From assembly GCA_016432365.1 (NCBI GenBank), contig CP066686.1:192355-256354 (forward strand): a stretch of DNA of 64,000 nucleotides, in the 5' to 3' direction. This document shows, piece by piece, positions 29,082-37,924 of this stretch (position 1 is its first letter; every line of letters begins with the position of its first letter). The notes under the pieces were generated by a model that saw only the letters and a list, made by a program, of their open reading frames with translations, did no database searches and was not told the origin of the DNA. This DNA comes from Candidatus Woesebacteria bacterium (GTDB lineage: Bacteria; Patescibacteriota; Microgenomatia; UBA8517). The translations under genes were made by a program, and so were the position numbers.

Positions 29082-29321
29082 TTACGGGGTTTTAGCCTCT
29101 AACTCTTGAAGATTTGCAGCCGACTTCCATTCTAGCGATTTTAATTCGGCTTGCCCTTGTTTACCATGAGCAAAGCCTAAGGTTACTAGGCCGCTCATTA
29201 CACTTTCCCATTTTTGGACATCATCGCCTTCTAAATAGCTTATGGTGCCATCCTCGTGCTCAATGATGACCCTTTTTGTGACAGGTCCTTCGTTTTCTTT
29301 AGTTTGACTTCTTTCTGGCAT
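29082..29321 (-). CDS. Small hypothetical protein
   Basis: ORF 29082-29360; likely start MPERSQTKENEGP at 29321; no domain recognised. Confidence 0.3.
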   Translation of the reverse strand: MPERSQTKENEGPVTKRVIIEHEDGTISYLEGDDVQKWESVMSGLVTLGFAHGKQGQAELKSLEWKSAANLQELEAKTP

Positions 29322-29378
29322 AATATGGCCGATTCTAAATGATTTTAGGAAAAACGTCAATCTTGTTGCACCCCAATT

Positions 29379-29714
29379 TCACTTTTTCTTCGTAAATCTT
29401 TTAATTTTTTCACTCCAGACATTTGCCCATTCTTCTGCCTCGATTTTTTTGAGGGCGAGTTTGATGCCCTCTTTTTTGAGAGATTTTTCGGCTTCCGTTA
29501 TTTCTTTCGAAGTTGCTGATAGGTTTCTTTTTATGTTTTCTTGGTCACGACCCTTTTTTAGCCAGTAAGCGATGGATATTCTTTTTATATATTTTTCAAG
29601 CTCATCCTCATCAAAAAAGTCGGTCAGGAAGCTTTCCACTTCTTTTGGATCCTTCAGGTCGTCGATCATTTGTGCAAATGTTTTGAGGAGTTGACGTTTC
29701 AGGGAGGGGTTCAT
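29379..29714 (-). CDS. TrpR-like YerC/YecD family protein (putative small DNA-binding protein)
   Basis: 111 aa. Block DDLKDPKEVESFLTDFFDEDELEKYIKRISIAYWLKKGRDQENIKRNLSATSKEITEAEKSL matches the YerC/YecD (Trp_repressor family) pattern; 4-nt overlap with the upstream gene. Confidence 0.6.
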   Translation of the reverse strand: MNPSLKRQLLKTFAQMIDDLKDPKEVESFLTDFFDEDELEKYIKRISIAYWLKKGRDQENIKRNLSATSKEITEAEKSLKKEGIKLALKKIEAEEWANVWSEKIKRFTKKK

Positions 29715-30064
29715 CTCGGTATTGCGTTTTTAACGGCAGACATTAAGTTGTTTCTGGCAACCTGAGACTGTCTGGCATACACGGTTGGAACATCTGCCTC
29801 CTCGATTCCCGCGTTTATCCTATCATTCAAATAAACAACTAATTTGGGAGGAAAATTTTCAGGAGTGGCGTGTTTCATGATTACCTGTAACATATAACTC
29901 TCTCGAGGCTCAAGATCCAAGCCTTGCATTTTTATACCCCGATTAAAAAGTTCTTGAGCAAAATTGACGTCTCTGTCTTCAGGTATTTCTATTTCCATTT
30001 CCAGGGCAATCTGAGCAAGCACAGAATAGTTTGCTTCCGGGAAGGCTGTTTCTCTTTCTTTCAT
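29711..30064 (-). CDS. Hypothetical protein
   Basis: 117 aa, soluble, no recognisable motif; translationally coupled (ATGA overlap) to the YerC-like gene. Confidence 0.4.
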   Translation of the reverse strand: MKERETAFPEANYSVLAQIALEMEIEIPEDRDVNFAQELFNRGIKMQGLDLEPRESYMLQVIMKHATPENFPPKLVVYLNDRINAGIEEADVPTVYARQSQVARNNLMSAVKNAIPR

Positions 30065-30097
30065 TCCGGCCTTATGATATCAGCTTGTTTTAGAATG

Positions 30098-30451
30098 TCA
30101 AAATTTGAATGAATAGTACATTTCGATACAAATCACGATTGCAGTTATTAAAATCAAATTTAATACATTCCCAACTCCTAAATAGAGAAGGGTGAGGAAT
30201 AAAGTTGATGCAATAGTTGTAACCATTCCGCGCCTACTGTCGGCAAACAAAAGCGAAAAAGTAAAAAGAAGAGTAAAGAAAGCTACAATAAAAAAAAGAG
30301 GTGTTGCGCCAAAAGTTCCCGGATCAACGAAATAAACGATTCCGGCAGTCCCAAGCCACAACAAAATTGTGACCAATAGTGTGGGGAAGAAGTTCTTGCG
30401 CTTTAGTTTTTGCTCCGTATGCCTGATATACTTATGTCGTGGAACTCGCAT
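30098..30451 (-). CDS. Hypothetical polytopic membrane protein
   Basis: 117 aa; basic N-terminus then three TM helices. Confidence 0.4.
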   Translation of the reverse strand: MRVPRHKYIRHTEQKLKRKNFFPTLLVTILLWLGTAGIVYFVDPGTFGATPLFFIVAFFTLLFTFSLLFADSRRGMVTTIASTLFLTLLYLGVGNVLNLILITAIVICIEMYYSFKF

Positions 30452-31371
30452 TACTCATTATAGTATTAATGGCGCTTGTTGTACTTATATATCTAACCGT
30501 AAACAAGAGACCTTCAAATGAAATAGTTGAGTGGCTTAAGTCAACCAATGTCCGAATGGAAGGACAGAGTAAATCTTTTAACGAAAGGCTGGATGGTGCC
30601 ACCCACACGATGAGCCAATTGCAAAGAAGTTTGGGCGAGATGAGCGAGATTGGAAAAGGAATTCGTACTTTGCAGGATTTTTTGCAGTCTCCAAAACTTC
30701 GCGGTGGCTTGGGAGAGGAGGTTTTAAAAGAAATGATAGGCCAGACTTTTCCTAAAAATGCTTTCCATCTCCAATATGCCTTCAAAAGTGGCGTAAAGGT
30801 GGATGCGGTACTAAAAACCGATGCGGGCCTACTGTGTATCGACTCAAAATTCCCAATGGAAAATTTTAACTTGATGAATAAAGGGGAAACTGAAGCTGAG
30901 AGAAATTTTGCCAAGAAACAATTTATTACCGATGTAAAGAAACATATAGAAGATATAAGTCGTAAATACATCTTGCCGGATGAGGGGACAATGGATTTTG
31001 CCTTAATGTATATTCCGTCCGAAGCGGTTTATTATGAGGCGGTGAATATTCCAGAACTTTCCACCTTTGCCAGAAGAATGCGGGTTTATCCGGTTTCTCC
31101 GAACACCCTATATGCACATCTTCAAGTCCTTCTCCTTTCGTTTGAGGGAAAAGATTTGGAAGCAAAATCCAAAGAAGTGTTTAGGATACTTCGGGCCATT
31201 CAAACGGATTATGGAAAGGTTGAAGAAAATCTTTCTACCCTCCAAAAACATTTGAACAACGCCTACAATATGATGGGGAATGTATTTTCCTCGTTTAACA
31301 TATTGGGACAAAAGATTAGTTCTACTCAGCGACTGGGGGGTAGTCAAAAATCGGATAAAGAATTAAAATAA
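30439..31371 (+). CDS. rmuC: DNA recombination protein RmuC
   Basis: 310 aa; N-terminal TM plus coiled coil, RmuC core (KLRGGLGEEVLKEMIGQ..., MYIPSEAVYYEAVN). Confidence 0.75.
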   Translation: MELALLIIVLMALVVLIYLTVNKRPSNEIVEWLKSTNVRMEGQSKSFNERLDGATHTMSQLQRSLGEMSEIGKGIRTLQDFLQSPKLRGGLGEEVLKEMIGQTFPKNAFHLQYAFKSGVKVDAVLKTDAGLLCIDSKFPMENFNLMNKGETEAERNFAKKQFITDVKKHIEDISRKYILPDEGTMDFALMYIPSEAVYYEAVNIPELSTFARRMRVYPVSPNTLYAHLQVLLLSFEGKDLEAKSKEVFRILRAIQTDYGKVEENLSTLQKHLNNAYNMMGNVFSSFNILGQKISSTQRLGGSQKSDKELK

Positions 31372-31376
31372 CAGTT

Positions 31377-32612
31377 ATGGATATAGGAAACTATTTAGAC
31401 GAGATTAAAAAAGAGGAGGCAAGAAATAAAGAATTTCTTCATTTGACGGCAAACGAAAACCAGCTATCCAAGACAGCGAGGATGTTTCTTGGGTCGAAGC
31501 TAAGCGAACGTTATTTTTTTGGTCCAGGAAATGGAAGTGGTATAGTTGAGGCGGGGTCTTTCGTGGGATTAGGCTTAAAAAGTGTTAATGATATTATTGT
31601 TGCGGCAAAAGAAGCTGCGAAAGACATGCTTCATGCGGCCGATGTTAATTTAAATGTACTTTCCGGGGTTCACGCCATGATGTCATCAATCCTTTCGACA
31701 ACAAATCCTGGTGACGTGGTTATGACTGTTCCCCATGAATACGGAGGGCATTTTGCTACCGAGGGAATTCTCGAAAGAACGGGTAGGAAGCATGTATTTG
31801 CAGATTTTAATATGAGCACGCTTAGTTTTGATGTAGAAAAAATAGCTAATAAATTTGAAGAAAGTAACGCAAAAGCACTTTACCTCGACGTCTCTTATTA
31901 CCTTAACCCTCATAATTTAAGAGAAATTAGAAGAGCGATAGGGGAAGACCCGATTATTATTTATGATGCCAGCCACACAATGGGTTTAATAATGGGGCAG
32001 CGGTTCCAATCGCCATTAGAAGAAGGAGCAAACGTAATTAGTGCAAATACCCACAAGACTCTTCCAGGTCCGCATAAAGGAATGGTGGCATTTAGAGATA
32101 AAGAACTTGCGGACAAAGCAAACGCAATAATTGATGGGTCACTTTATTCTACTCCCCATACAACGCACCTAATTGCCCTCTCGACGACGATATTGGAAAT
32201 GAAGGAGTTCGGCCAAGCTTTCGCGGAACAAATTATTTCCAACTCAAATGCAATAGGACAGGCTTTTGAAAGTTTGGGCTATGATGTGAGAAAAGCAAAC
32301 ACAGGTCGATACTCAGAAAACCATCAGGCACATGTTTTTATAGACAATAAAGGTGATCACTTAGATCTGTACAAGAACTTGATTAATAACAATATCATTA
32401 CCAATTTTGAGGGAGAAGAATTGAGTGGTGGCAGGTGGTTTATTAGAGTGGGAACGCAGGAAATAACCCGACGTGGAATGAAGGAAACTGAAATGGCTCA
32501 AATTGCTAACCTTGTGGACAGGGCGATGAAAGGATTAAATGTAAAAGATGAAGTTTTAGCAATAAATAAAAATTTTCCAAATATTTTTTTCTCTTTCGAT
32601 AAAGATGAATAA
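31377..32612 (+). CDS. Divergent serine hydroxymethyltransferase-family PLP enzyme
   Basis: Collinear with SHMT: LTANEN vs LIASEN, VPHEYGGHFATEG vs LAHGGHLTHG, and NTHKTLPGPHKG vs TTHKTLRGPRGG (PLP lysine). Confidence 0.7.
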   Translation: MDIGNYLDEIKKEEARNKEFLHLTANENQLSKTARMFLGSKLSERYFFGPGNGSGIVEAGSFVGLGLKSVNDIIVAAKEAAKDMLHAADVNLNVLSGVHAMMSSILSTTNPGDVVMTVPHEYGGHFATEGILERTGRKHVFADFNMSTLSFDVEKIANKFEESNAKALYLDVSYYLNPHNLREIRRAIGEDPIIIYDASHTMGLIMGQRFQSPLEEGANVISANTHKTLPGPHKGMVAFRDKELADKANAIIDGSLYSTPHTTHLIALSTTILEMKEFGQAFAEQIISNSNAIGQAFESLGYDVRKANTGRYSENHQAHVFIDNKGDHLDLYKNLINNNIITNFEGEELSGGRWFIRVGTQEITRRGMKETEMAQIANLVDRAMKGLNVKDEVLAINKNFPNIFFSFDKDE

Positions 32613-33192
32613 AGTAAAAGTATTGGTAGAAGGATATGCATATCCAAACGGTGACGGTACCTATGCTGCCAGCCCAACATGCACACTGATTGAATCTAAT
32701 GGAAAAAAGTTTTTGGTAGATCCAGGAACAAACCCAGAAAAACTTCTAAAAGCTCTAGAGAAAGAAAATATTGGTGAACATGATTTATCTTTTATTTACA
32801 TAAGTCACTATCATCCTGACCATTGGTTAAACTCACGACTCTTTCCAAACCTGGATATTTACGATGGCGGGATTCGTTGGAGAAACGATTTAGAAATCTT
32901 TCACCAAGGAAAATTACCGGAAGTTGATGTAGAAATATTAAAAACTCCTGGCCATGCTATAGAAGACACATCTCTTTTGATCAGAACTGAAGATGGTGTA
33001 GTTTGCATTTGTCCTGACGTATTTTGGTGGGAAGACGGGAAACAAAAATCGGATAATAGGGATGATTTGTTAAATTTAGAAGACCCGTTTGCTAATGACA
33101 AAGAAGCACTGCTTGTTTCAAGGAAATTGGTTTTGTCAAAAGCAAATTTAATAATTCCCGGACATGGGAAAATGTTTAAAGTTGCCACTTAA
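32605..33192 (+). CDS. MBL-fold metallo-hydrolase
   Basis: 195 aa; HxHxDH motif in YISHYHPDHWLN and a downstream His (TPGHAIEDT, IIPGHGKMF). Confidence 0.75.
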   Translation: MNKVKVLVEGYAYPNGDGTYAASPTCTLIESNGKKFLVDPGTNPEKLLKALEKENIGEHDLSFIYISHYHPDHWLNSRLFPNLDIYDGGIRWRNDLEIFHQGKLPEVDVEILKTPGHAIEDTSLLIRTEDGVVCICPDVFWWEDGKQKSDNRDDLLNLEDPFANDKEALLVSRKLVLSKANLIIPGHGKMFKVAT

Positions 33193-33228
33193 ATACCGTG
33201 CAGTGTTTAAGTGGATGATAAAGGTAAA

Positions 33229-33744
33229 ATGAAAGTAATTTTATACACGGCGACTACTATTAATGGCATGCTTGCAACCAAAGACAACAAAACTCCGTGG
33301 TCGGAAGCCGAATTTAAAAGTTTTTTTGAAAACGTCAGAAAAGCCGGAAATGTGATTGTGGGAAGTAAAACCTTTCCGCTATTTTTAGACACGGACTTTG
33401 AGGATATGGGGGATCCGGTAGTTGTAATCCTGACTAGAGAGAAGAGGGTTGATACAGACAAAGTAAAATATGTCGACTCTCCGCAAAAAGCCTTATCTCT
33501 TTTATCTAATTTGGGGTTTGTGACAGCTCTGATAACCGGGGGTGGTTTGACTAATGGTGCTTTCTTAAAAGAAAATTTAGTCGATGAAATTTATTTAGAT
33601 ATAGAGCCTATGATTTTTCAAGAAGGTATACCGCTTTTTAATCCAGCGCCAAATGAAATAGATTTAAAATTTTTAGATCAAAAGATGCTCAACGAGAATA
33701 CTATTCAACTTCATTATAGCGTGACAAATAAACCAACGATCTAG
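33229..33744 (+). CDS. Dihydrofolate-reductase-family protein (RibD C-terminal / DHFR-like reductase domain)
   Basis: ORF begins at GTG 33211, ATG at 33229. MKVILYTATTINGMLATKDNKTPW...GNVIVGSKTF...ITGGGLTNGAFLKENLVDEIYLDIEPMIFQEGIPLF is typical of the RibD_C/DHFR-like family. Confidence 0.7.
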   Translation: MKVILYTATTINGMLATKDNKTPWSEAEFKSFFENVRKAGNVIVGSKTFPLFLDTDFEDMGDPVVVILTREKRVDTDKVKYVDSPQKALSLLSNLGFVTALITGGGLTNGAFLKENLVDEIYLDIEPMIFQEGIPLFNPAPNEIDLKFLDQKMLNENTIQLHYSVTNKPTI

Positions 33745-33834
33745 TTGACTTCATGGTTACCAATATATTAAATTAATATAGCGTTACAAAATAGTAACAA
33801 GTTAGTAACAAAGTAGATTGGGGGTGAAATATAT

Positions 33835-34359
33835 ATGGCATTAAGTTCTATAGTTAACGAATTAAAAGACATGATGGTCGCCACACTTAAGGGTGCATCC
33901 GATGTTTTATCTGCCCTTCGCGATGGTGTAAAAACCCAAATAGTTGGAAGCGCTAAAGACGTTTCCGATGTTGTCGCTGCCGGAGTTCTTTCGGCGAAAG
34001 ATGTAGGTATTGCACTTCTCGACGCTGTACACGATACCGTGTCAACTGCGGTTGCAGCTGTTTCAGAAACCGGGGGAGATGTGATTTCAGCTTCCGGTAA
34101 AGCAGTTTCCGGAGCAGTCGTGGCCGCATCTGAAGTAGGAGAAGATGTTGGCAAAGTTGCAGTTTCTGCAGTTGAAGGAGCGATTGAAGCCGTAGGCAAG
34201 GTTGGAAAAGATACAGGTGAAGCTACCAAAGAAGCGGTCACATCTGCGGTGAGAGCTGCAGACGGTATCGGTTCAGAAGCCGGCAAATCTGTAAGAGATG
34301 CATTAAGAGCAACCGCGTCTCTTCCAAAAGACTTAATAGAATCAGCAATCAAAGGCTGA
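33835..34359 (+). CDS. Ala/Val/Ser/Gly-rich low-complexity repeat protein (amphipathic, no aromatics or cysteines)
   Basis: 174 aa; imperfect ~11-residue repeats (SAKDVSDVVAAGVL / SAKDVGIALLDAV / SGKAVSGAVVAAS...). GGGGTGAAA SD-like sequence 8 nt upstream; own terminator; locally GC-rich DNA. Confidence 0.5.
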   Translation: MALSSIVNELKDMMVATLKGASDVLSALRDGVKTQIVGSAKDVSDVVAAGVLSAKDVGIALLDAVHDTVSTAVAAVSETGGDVISASGKAVSGAVVAASEVGEDVGKVAVSAVEGAIEAVGKVGKDTGEATKEAVTSAVRAADGIGSEAGKSVRDALRATASLPKDLIESAIKG

Positions 34360-34373
34360 AACATTTAGATGGA

Positions 34374-34409
34374 CCCTCGCCGGCAAACGATCGTCGGCGG
34401 GGGCTTTTG
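34374..34409 (+). terminator. Rho-independent terminator after the Ala-rich protein gene
   Basis: CCCtCGCCG-gcaaacgatcgt-CGGCGGGG followed by CTTTTGT. Confidence 0.55.
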
Positions 34410-34426
34410 TGGTAGGCAAAAAAAAT

Positions 34427-34473
34427 AACCAGCATTTCATTTTTTTTGCTTTCAAAAATGAAAGAGGCTGGTT
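34427..34473 (-). terminator. Long hairpin terminator for the convergent CBS-domain gene
   Basis: aaccagcatttcattttt...aaaaatgaaagaggctggtt inverted repeat; on the minus strand it is followed by a T-run. Confidence 0.5.
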
Positions 34474-34480
34474 AGAGTTC

Positions 34481-34936
34481 CTACCCTCGGTAGACGGAAC
34501 CCGTGATGTAATCTTGAAGGTTCTGTGCAACCAATTCTTGATAGCGCACAAGAGCGATCAGGACATCTCGCATGGAGACAATACCGACGACCTCACCCTT
34601 GTCAATTACAGGTACGTGACGAAATCCTTTTTCTTTCATCAGTTCCATACAATCGATCAGTTGAGTGCTCGGAGTTATTGTTTCCGGGTTTGCAGTCATC
34701 ACCGCCGATACTTTGATAACACCGGAGTTTACCGACGGGTATTTTGCAACCTTACGGGTGATATCGCGCTCGGTTATGATTCCGAGCAATACCTTCCCTT
34801 CCATCACCAGAAGTGCACCGATGTTTTTTTCTTCCATTAGTGCTACAGCTTCTGAGACCCGAGTTTCCGGACCTACTCTGTAAACGACAGACGGATCCTT
34901 GTGGGTTGCGTTAATCAACGCTGAAACTTGTGTCAT
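34481..34936 (-). CDS. CBS-domain pair protein
   Basis: 151 aa; two CBS motifs (GALLVMEGKVLLGIITERDITRK and HVPVIDKGEVVGIVSMRDVL). Confidence 0.8.
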   Translation of the reverse strand: MTQVSALINATHKDPSVVYRVGPETRVSEAVALMEEKNIGALLVMEGKVLLGIITERDITRKVAKYPSVNSGVIKVSAVMTANPETITPSTQLIDCMELMKEKGFRHVPVIDKGEVVGIVSMRDVLIALVRYQELVAQNLQDYITGSVYRG

Positions 34937-35011
34937 TTTGTTCTCCTTTTTTTTTGCTGATAAAGTGCTTGAGACTCGGATTATATATCACTTTTCTGCT
35001 AAAATGCGACT

Positions 35012-37924
35012 GTGTCCAAAGATATTCCTGATTTGAAGTTAAACAAGGAACAGCAAGAGGCTATAAAGTTCGGTGACGGACCACTTCTTATTATTGCCGG
35101 GGCAGGAACCGGGAAAACCACTGTAATTACAGAGCGTGTAAAACATTTAATAATGACAGGTAAAGCCAAACCTGAGGAAGTATTGGCGCTAACTTTTACG
35201 GAAAAAGGCGCGCGTGAAATGGAGGAAAGAATTGATATCGCTCTTCCTTATGGTTATACACAAATGTGGGTTATGACATTCCATTCTTTCTGTGATCAAA
35301 TTCTTCGTGACAACGCAATTCATATTGGACTATCTCCATCATATAAATTGATGACAGAAGCGCAGGCAATTGATTTGGTCCGTAAAAATCTATTCGAATT
35401 AGATCTCGACTATTTTAGACCACTTGGAAATCCGAATAAGTTTATTGATGGGCTACTTCAACATTTTTCGAGATTACAAGACGAATGTGTGACACCTGGG
35501 GAATATATTGATTGGGTAAAAAGGCAAAAGTCAAAAGTCAAAAGTCAAAATGACAATTTTAAAGTAAAAAGTATAAAAGATTTAGAACAACAGAAGATAC
35601 AAGAATTGGCCAGCGCTTATAAAAAATATTGCGAACTAAAAATAAAAGAGAATGTGATGGATTTCGGCGACCTCATCACAAATACTATAAAACTTTTTAG
35701 AGAGCGAACAAATATTCTTAAAATTTATCAGGATAAATTTAAATACGTTTTGATTGATGAATTCCAAGATACGAACTTCGCACAAAACCAGTTGGCGATT
35801 CTTCTTGCAGGGAAAAATGCAAATATTACTGCTGTTGGAGATGACGATCAGTCGATTTATCGTTTTCGTGGAGCGGCGGTAAGTAACATCATTCAATTTA
35901 GAAAAACTTTTCCAAAAACAAAGATTGTAGTGTTAACAAAAAATTACCGTTCGAGTCAGGAAATATTAGATAGGGCATACGATTTAATCCAGCACAATAA
36001 TCCTGATAGGTTGGAAGTGGTGGAGGGTGTCAATAAGAAATTAGTAGCTAGTAATAAGCAGCTAGTAGTTAGAAAAAACAATATAGAGTTTTTTCATACA
36101 GGAAATGTGGGTGATGAAGCAGTTAGAGTGGTTGAAGAAATATCAAAATTAACAAATCCTAACTACAAACTACGTGCTACTGGCTACAACTTTTCAGATA
36201 TCGCCATATTGGTTCGAGCTAACAATCATGCCGATCCATTTATTCGGGAACTGGAAAGGCGGGGGATACCGAACCAATTTTTGGGTCCTTCGAATTTATT
36301 TGAAAAAGAAGAAGTAATGGACCTTATATCTTATCTTAAAGTTTTATATAACCCGGAAGATTCAGAATCTTTTTACAGATTATTATCATCCGACATTTTT
36401 GATATGTCTCCATTGGAATTAATTAAAATATCATCCGCTGCCAAAAAGAGAAGCCTTTCGATTTTTGAAATTGCCACAGAATCAGAGAGTGAACAAATCA
36501 AAAAACTGTTATCAATTATCGATAAACATCTCAAAGTAATTAAGAAACAAACAGCTGGGGAGATTATTTACAATTACATTCAAGAAGTCGGTCTTCTTTC
36601 CAAGTTGATAGAAAACTCGGAGGACATTAAAGCAAAAAATATAGCCAAGTTTTTTGAAAAAATTAAATCGTACGAGGACGAAAACAAAAACGCAGGAGTT
36701 ACGGCCGTCGTAGACTATATAGATTTACTGATTGAAGTGGGGGAGAGCCCCAATGTTACGGACGGTGATTGGCAGGAAAACAATGCAGTAAATATTCTGA
36801 CAGTTCATTCTTCGAAAGGCCTTGAATTTCCGGTCGTGTTTTTGGTTAATTTGGTGGGGGAGAGATTTCCAGGACGCGAACGTCATGAACAAATTCCAAT
36901 TCCACAGGAATTGATAAAAGAAGTTTTACCACAAGGGGATTTTCATTTGCAGGAAGAAAGGCGACTTTTTTACGTCGGCATGACGAGAGCGAAAGAAAAA
37001 CTTTTTTTTAGTGCTGCGGATTTCTACGGTGAGGCAAAAAGGAAAAAGAAAATAAGCCCGTTCGTTGTTGAGGCGCTTGGCGACTCACGGAATCTCCAAT
37101 CTCCAATCTCCAATCTCCAATCAATTTCCAATTATCAAATTATTAAATCGGAAAAGTCGGAACAAAAAAAGGACAAGATAAAAATTGATTACTTGTCAGT
37201 TTCTCAGATTGAAACATTTCAAACATGTCCGTTACACTATAAATTGAAATATATTTATAAACTTCCTACAAAACCTTCGGCGTCAAGTAGTTTTGGTGTA
37301 TCGATACATGAGACTCTTAAAAAATTTTACATGAACCCGCCTTCGCACAAGGCTTCGGCGAGGCTTTCGGAACAACTACTATTATATTTGTATAAGGAGT
37401 CGTTCCTGCAGGAAGGGTATTTAAATAAAAAACATAAAAAAGAGTTTTACAAGAAGGGAGAGTCATATCTTCAAGGCTTTTTAAAAAATGGGTATAACCC
37501 AAAAACAAAAACTGTTTTATTAGAAGAAAAATTTATTTTACCGATCGATTCGACTTTAAAAATCGGTGGCACAGTAGACAGGGTTGATAAATTACCGAAC
37601 GGAAGACTTGAAATCATCGATTACAAAACAGGGGCAAGCATTCCGACGCAAAAAGAAGTGGATAAAGATCTGCAGCTTTCTTTTTACGCGCTGGCAATGA
37701 GTTCTATCCGCAAAATTAATCCGGAAGAAATTAAACTTTCACTTTATTATTTGGATACTCAGGAAAAAATTTCTACAACCAGGACAGTGAAAGATCTGGA
37801 AAAAGTAAAAGAAGAAATTTTAGAAATTCGAGACGAAATCGAAAGTTCGGACTTCAAATGCAACAACAACTTTTTTTGTCAGGGAAAATGTGAGTTCTCA
37901 ATGTTTTGTAAATCAGACGAGTAG
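35012..37924 (+). CDS. UvrD/Rep-family helicase fused to a C-terminal PD-(D/E)XK (RecB/AddB-type) nuclease domain with a Cys4 cluster
   Basis: 970 aa. SF1 helicase motifs (AGAGTGKT, LIDEFQDTN, VGDDDQSIYRFRGA, TVHSSKGLEFPVVF, FYVGMTRAKEKL). C-terminus has IIDYKTG...QLSFYA nuclease motifs and C-x5-C-x3-C-x5-C. Confidence 0.8.
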   Translation: MSKDIPDLKLNKEQQEAIKFGDGPLLIIAGAGTGKTTVITERVKHLIMTGKAKPEEVLALTFTEKGAREMEERIDIALPYGYTQMWVMTFHSFCDQILRDNAIHIGLSPSYKLMTEAQAIDLVRKNLFELDLDYFRPLGNPNKFIDGLLQHFSRLQDECVTPGEYIDWVKRQKSKVKSQNDNFKVKSIKDLEQQKIQELASAYKKYCELKIKENVMDFGDLITNTIKLFRERTNILKIYQDKFKYVLIDEFQDTNFAQNQLAILLAGKNANITAVGDDDQSIYRFRGAAVSNIIQFRKTFPKTKIVVLTKNYRSSQEILDRAYDLIQHNNPDRLEVVEGVNKKLVASNKQLVVRKNNIEFFHTGNVGDEAVRVVEEISKLTNPNYKLRATGYNFSDIAILVRANNHADPFIRELERRGIPNQFLGPSNLFEKEEVMDLISYLKVLYNPEDSESFYRLLSSDIFDMSPLELIKISSAAKKRSLSIFEIATESESEQIKKLLSIIDKHLKVIKKQTAGEIIYNYIQEVGLLSKLIENSEDIKAKNIAKFFEKIKSYEDENKNAGVTAVVDYIDLLIEVGESPNVTDGDWQENNAVNILTVHSSKGLEFPVVFLVNLVGERFPGRERHEQIPIPQELIKEVLPQGDFHLQEERRLFYVGMTRAKEKLFFSAADFYGEAKRKKKISPFVVEALGDSRNLQSPISNLQSISNYQIIKSEKSEQKKDKIKIDYLSVSQIETFQTCPLHYKLKYIYKLPTKPSASSSFGVSIHETLKKFYMNPPSHKASARLSEQLLLYLYKESFLQEGYLNKKHKKEFYKKGESYLQGFLKNGYNPKTKTVLLEEKFILPIDSTLKIGGTVDRVDKLPNGRLEIIDYKTGASIPTQKEVDKDLQLSFYALAMSSIRKINPEEIKLSLYYLDTQEKISTTRTVKDLEKVKEEILEIRDEIESSDFKCNNNFFCQGKCEFSMFCKSDE
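35525..35552 (+). repeat. Heptanucleotide tandem repeat (CAAAAGT)x3 plus one degenerate unit inside the helicase-nuclease CDS
   Basis: Read directly: caaaagt caaaagt caaaagt caaaatg; encodes QKSKVKSQN. Confidence 0.8.
37094..37121 (+). repeat. Heptanucleotide tandem repeat (CTCCAAT)x4 inside the helicase-nuclease CDS, between helicase and nuclease domains
   Basis: Read directly: ctccaat x4, followed by degenerate caatttccaat; encodes NLQSPISNLQSIS. Confidence 0.8.

Noticed and set aside
30432-30971. 179-aa minus-strand ORF overlapping rmuC
   Set aside because: Antisense to the RmuC CDS, which has clear family motifs; the composition is unremarkable.
33768-34364. 198-aa minus-strand ORF antisense to the Ala-rich repeat gene
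   Set aside because: It is a low-complexity mirror (Ala/Thr/Ser/Pro) of the plus-strand GC-rich repeat. It lacks a start context or terminator; the plus-strand ORF has an SD, promoter and terminator.
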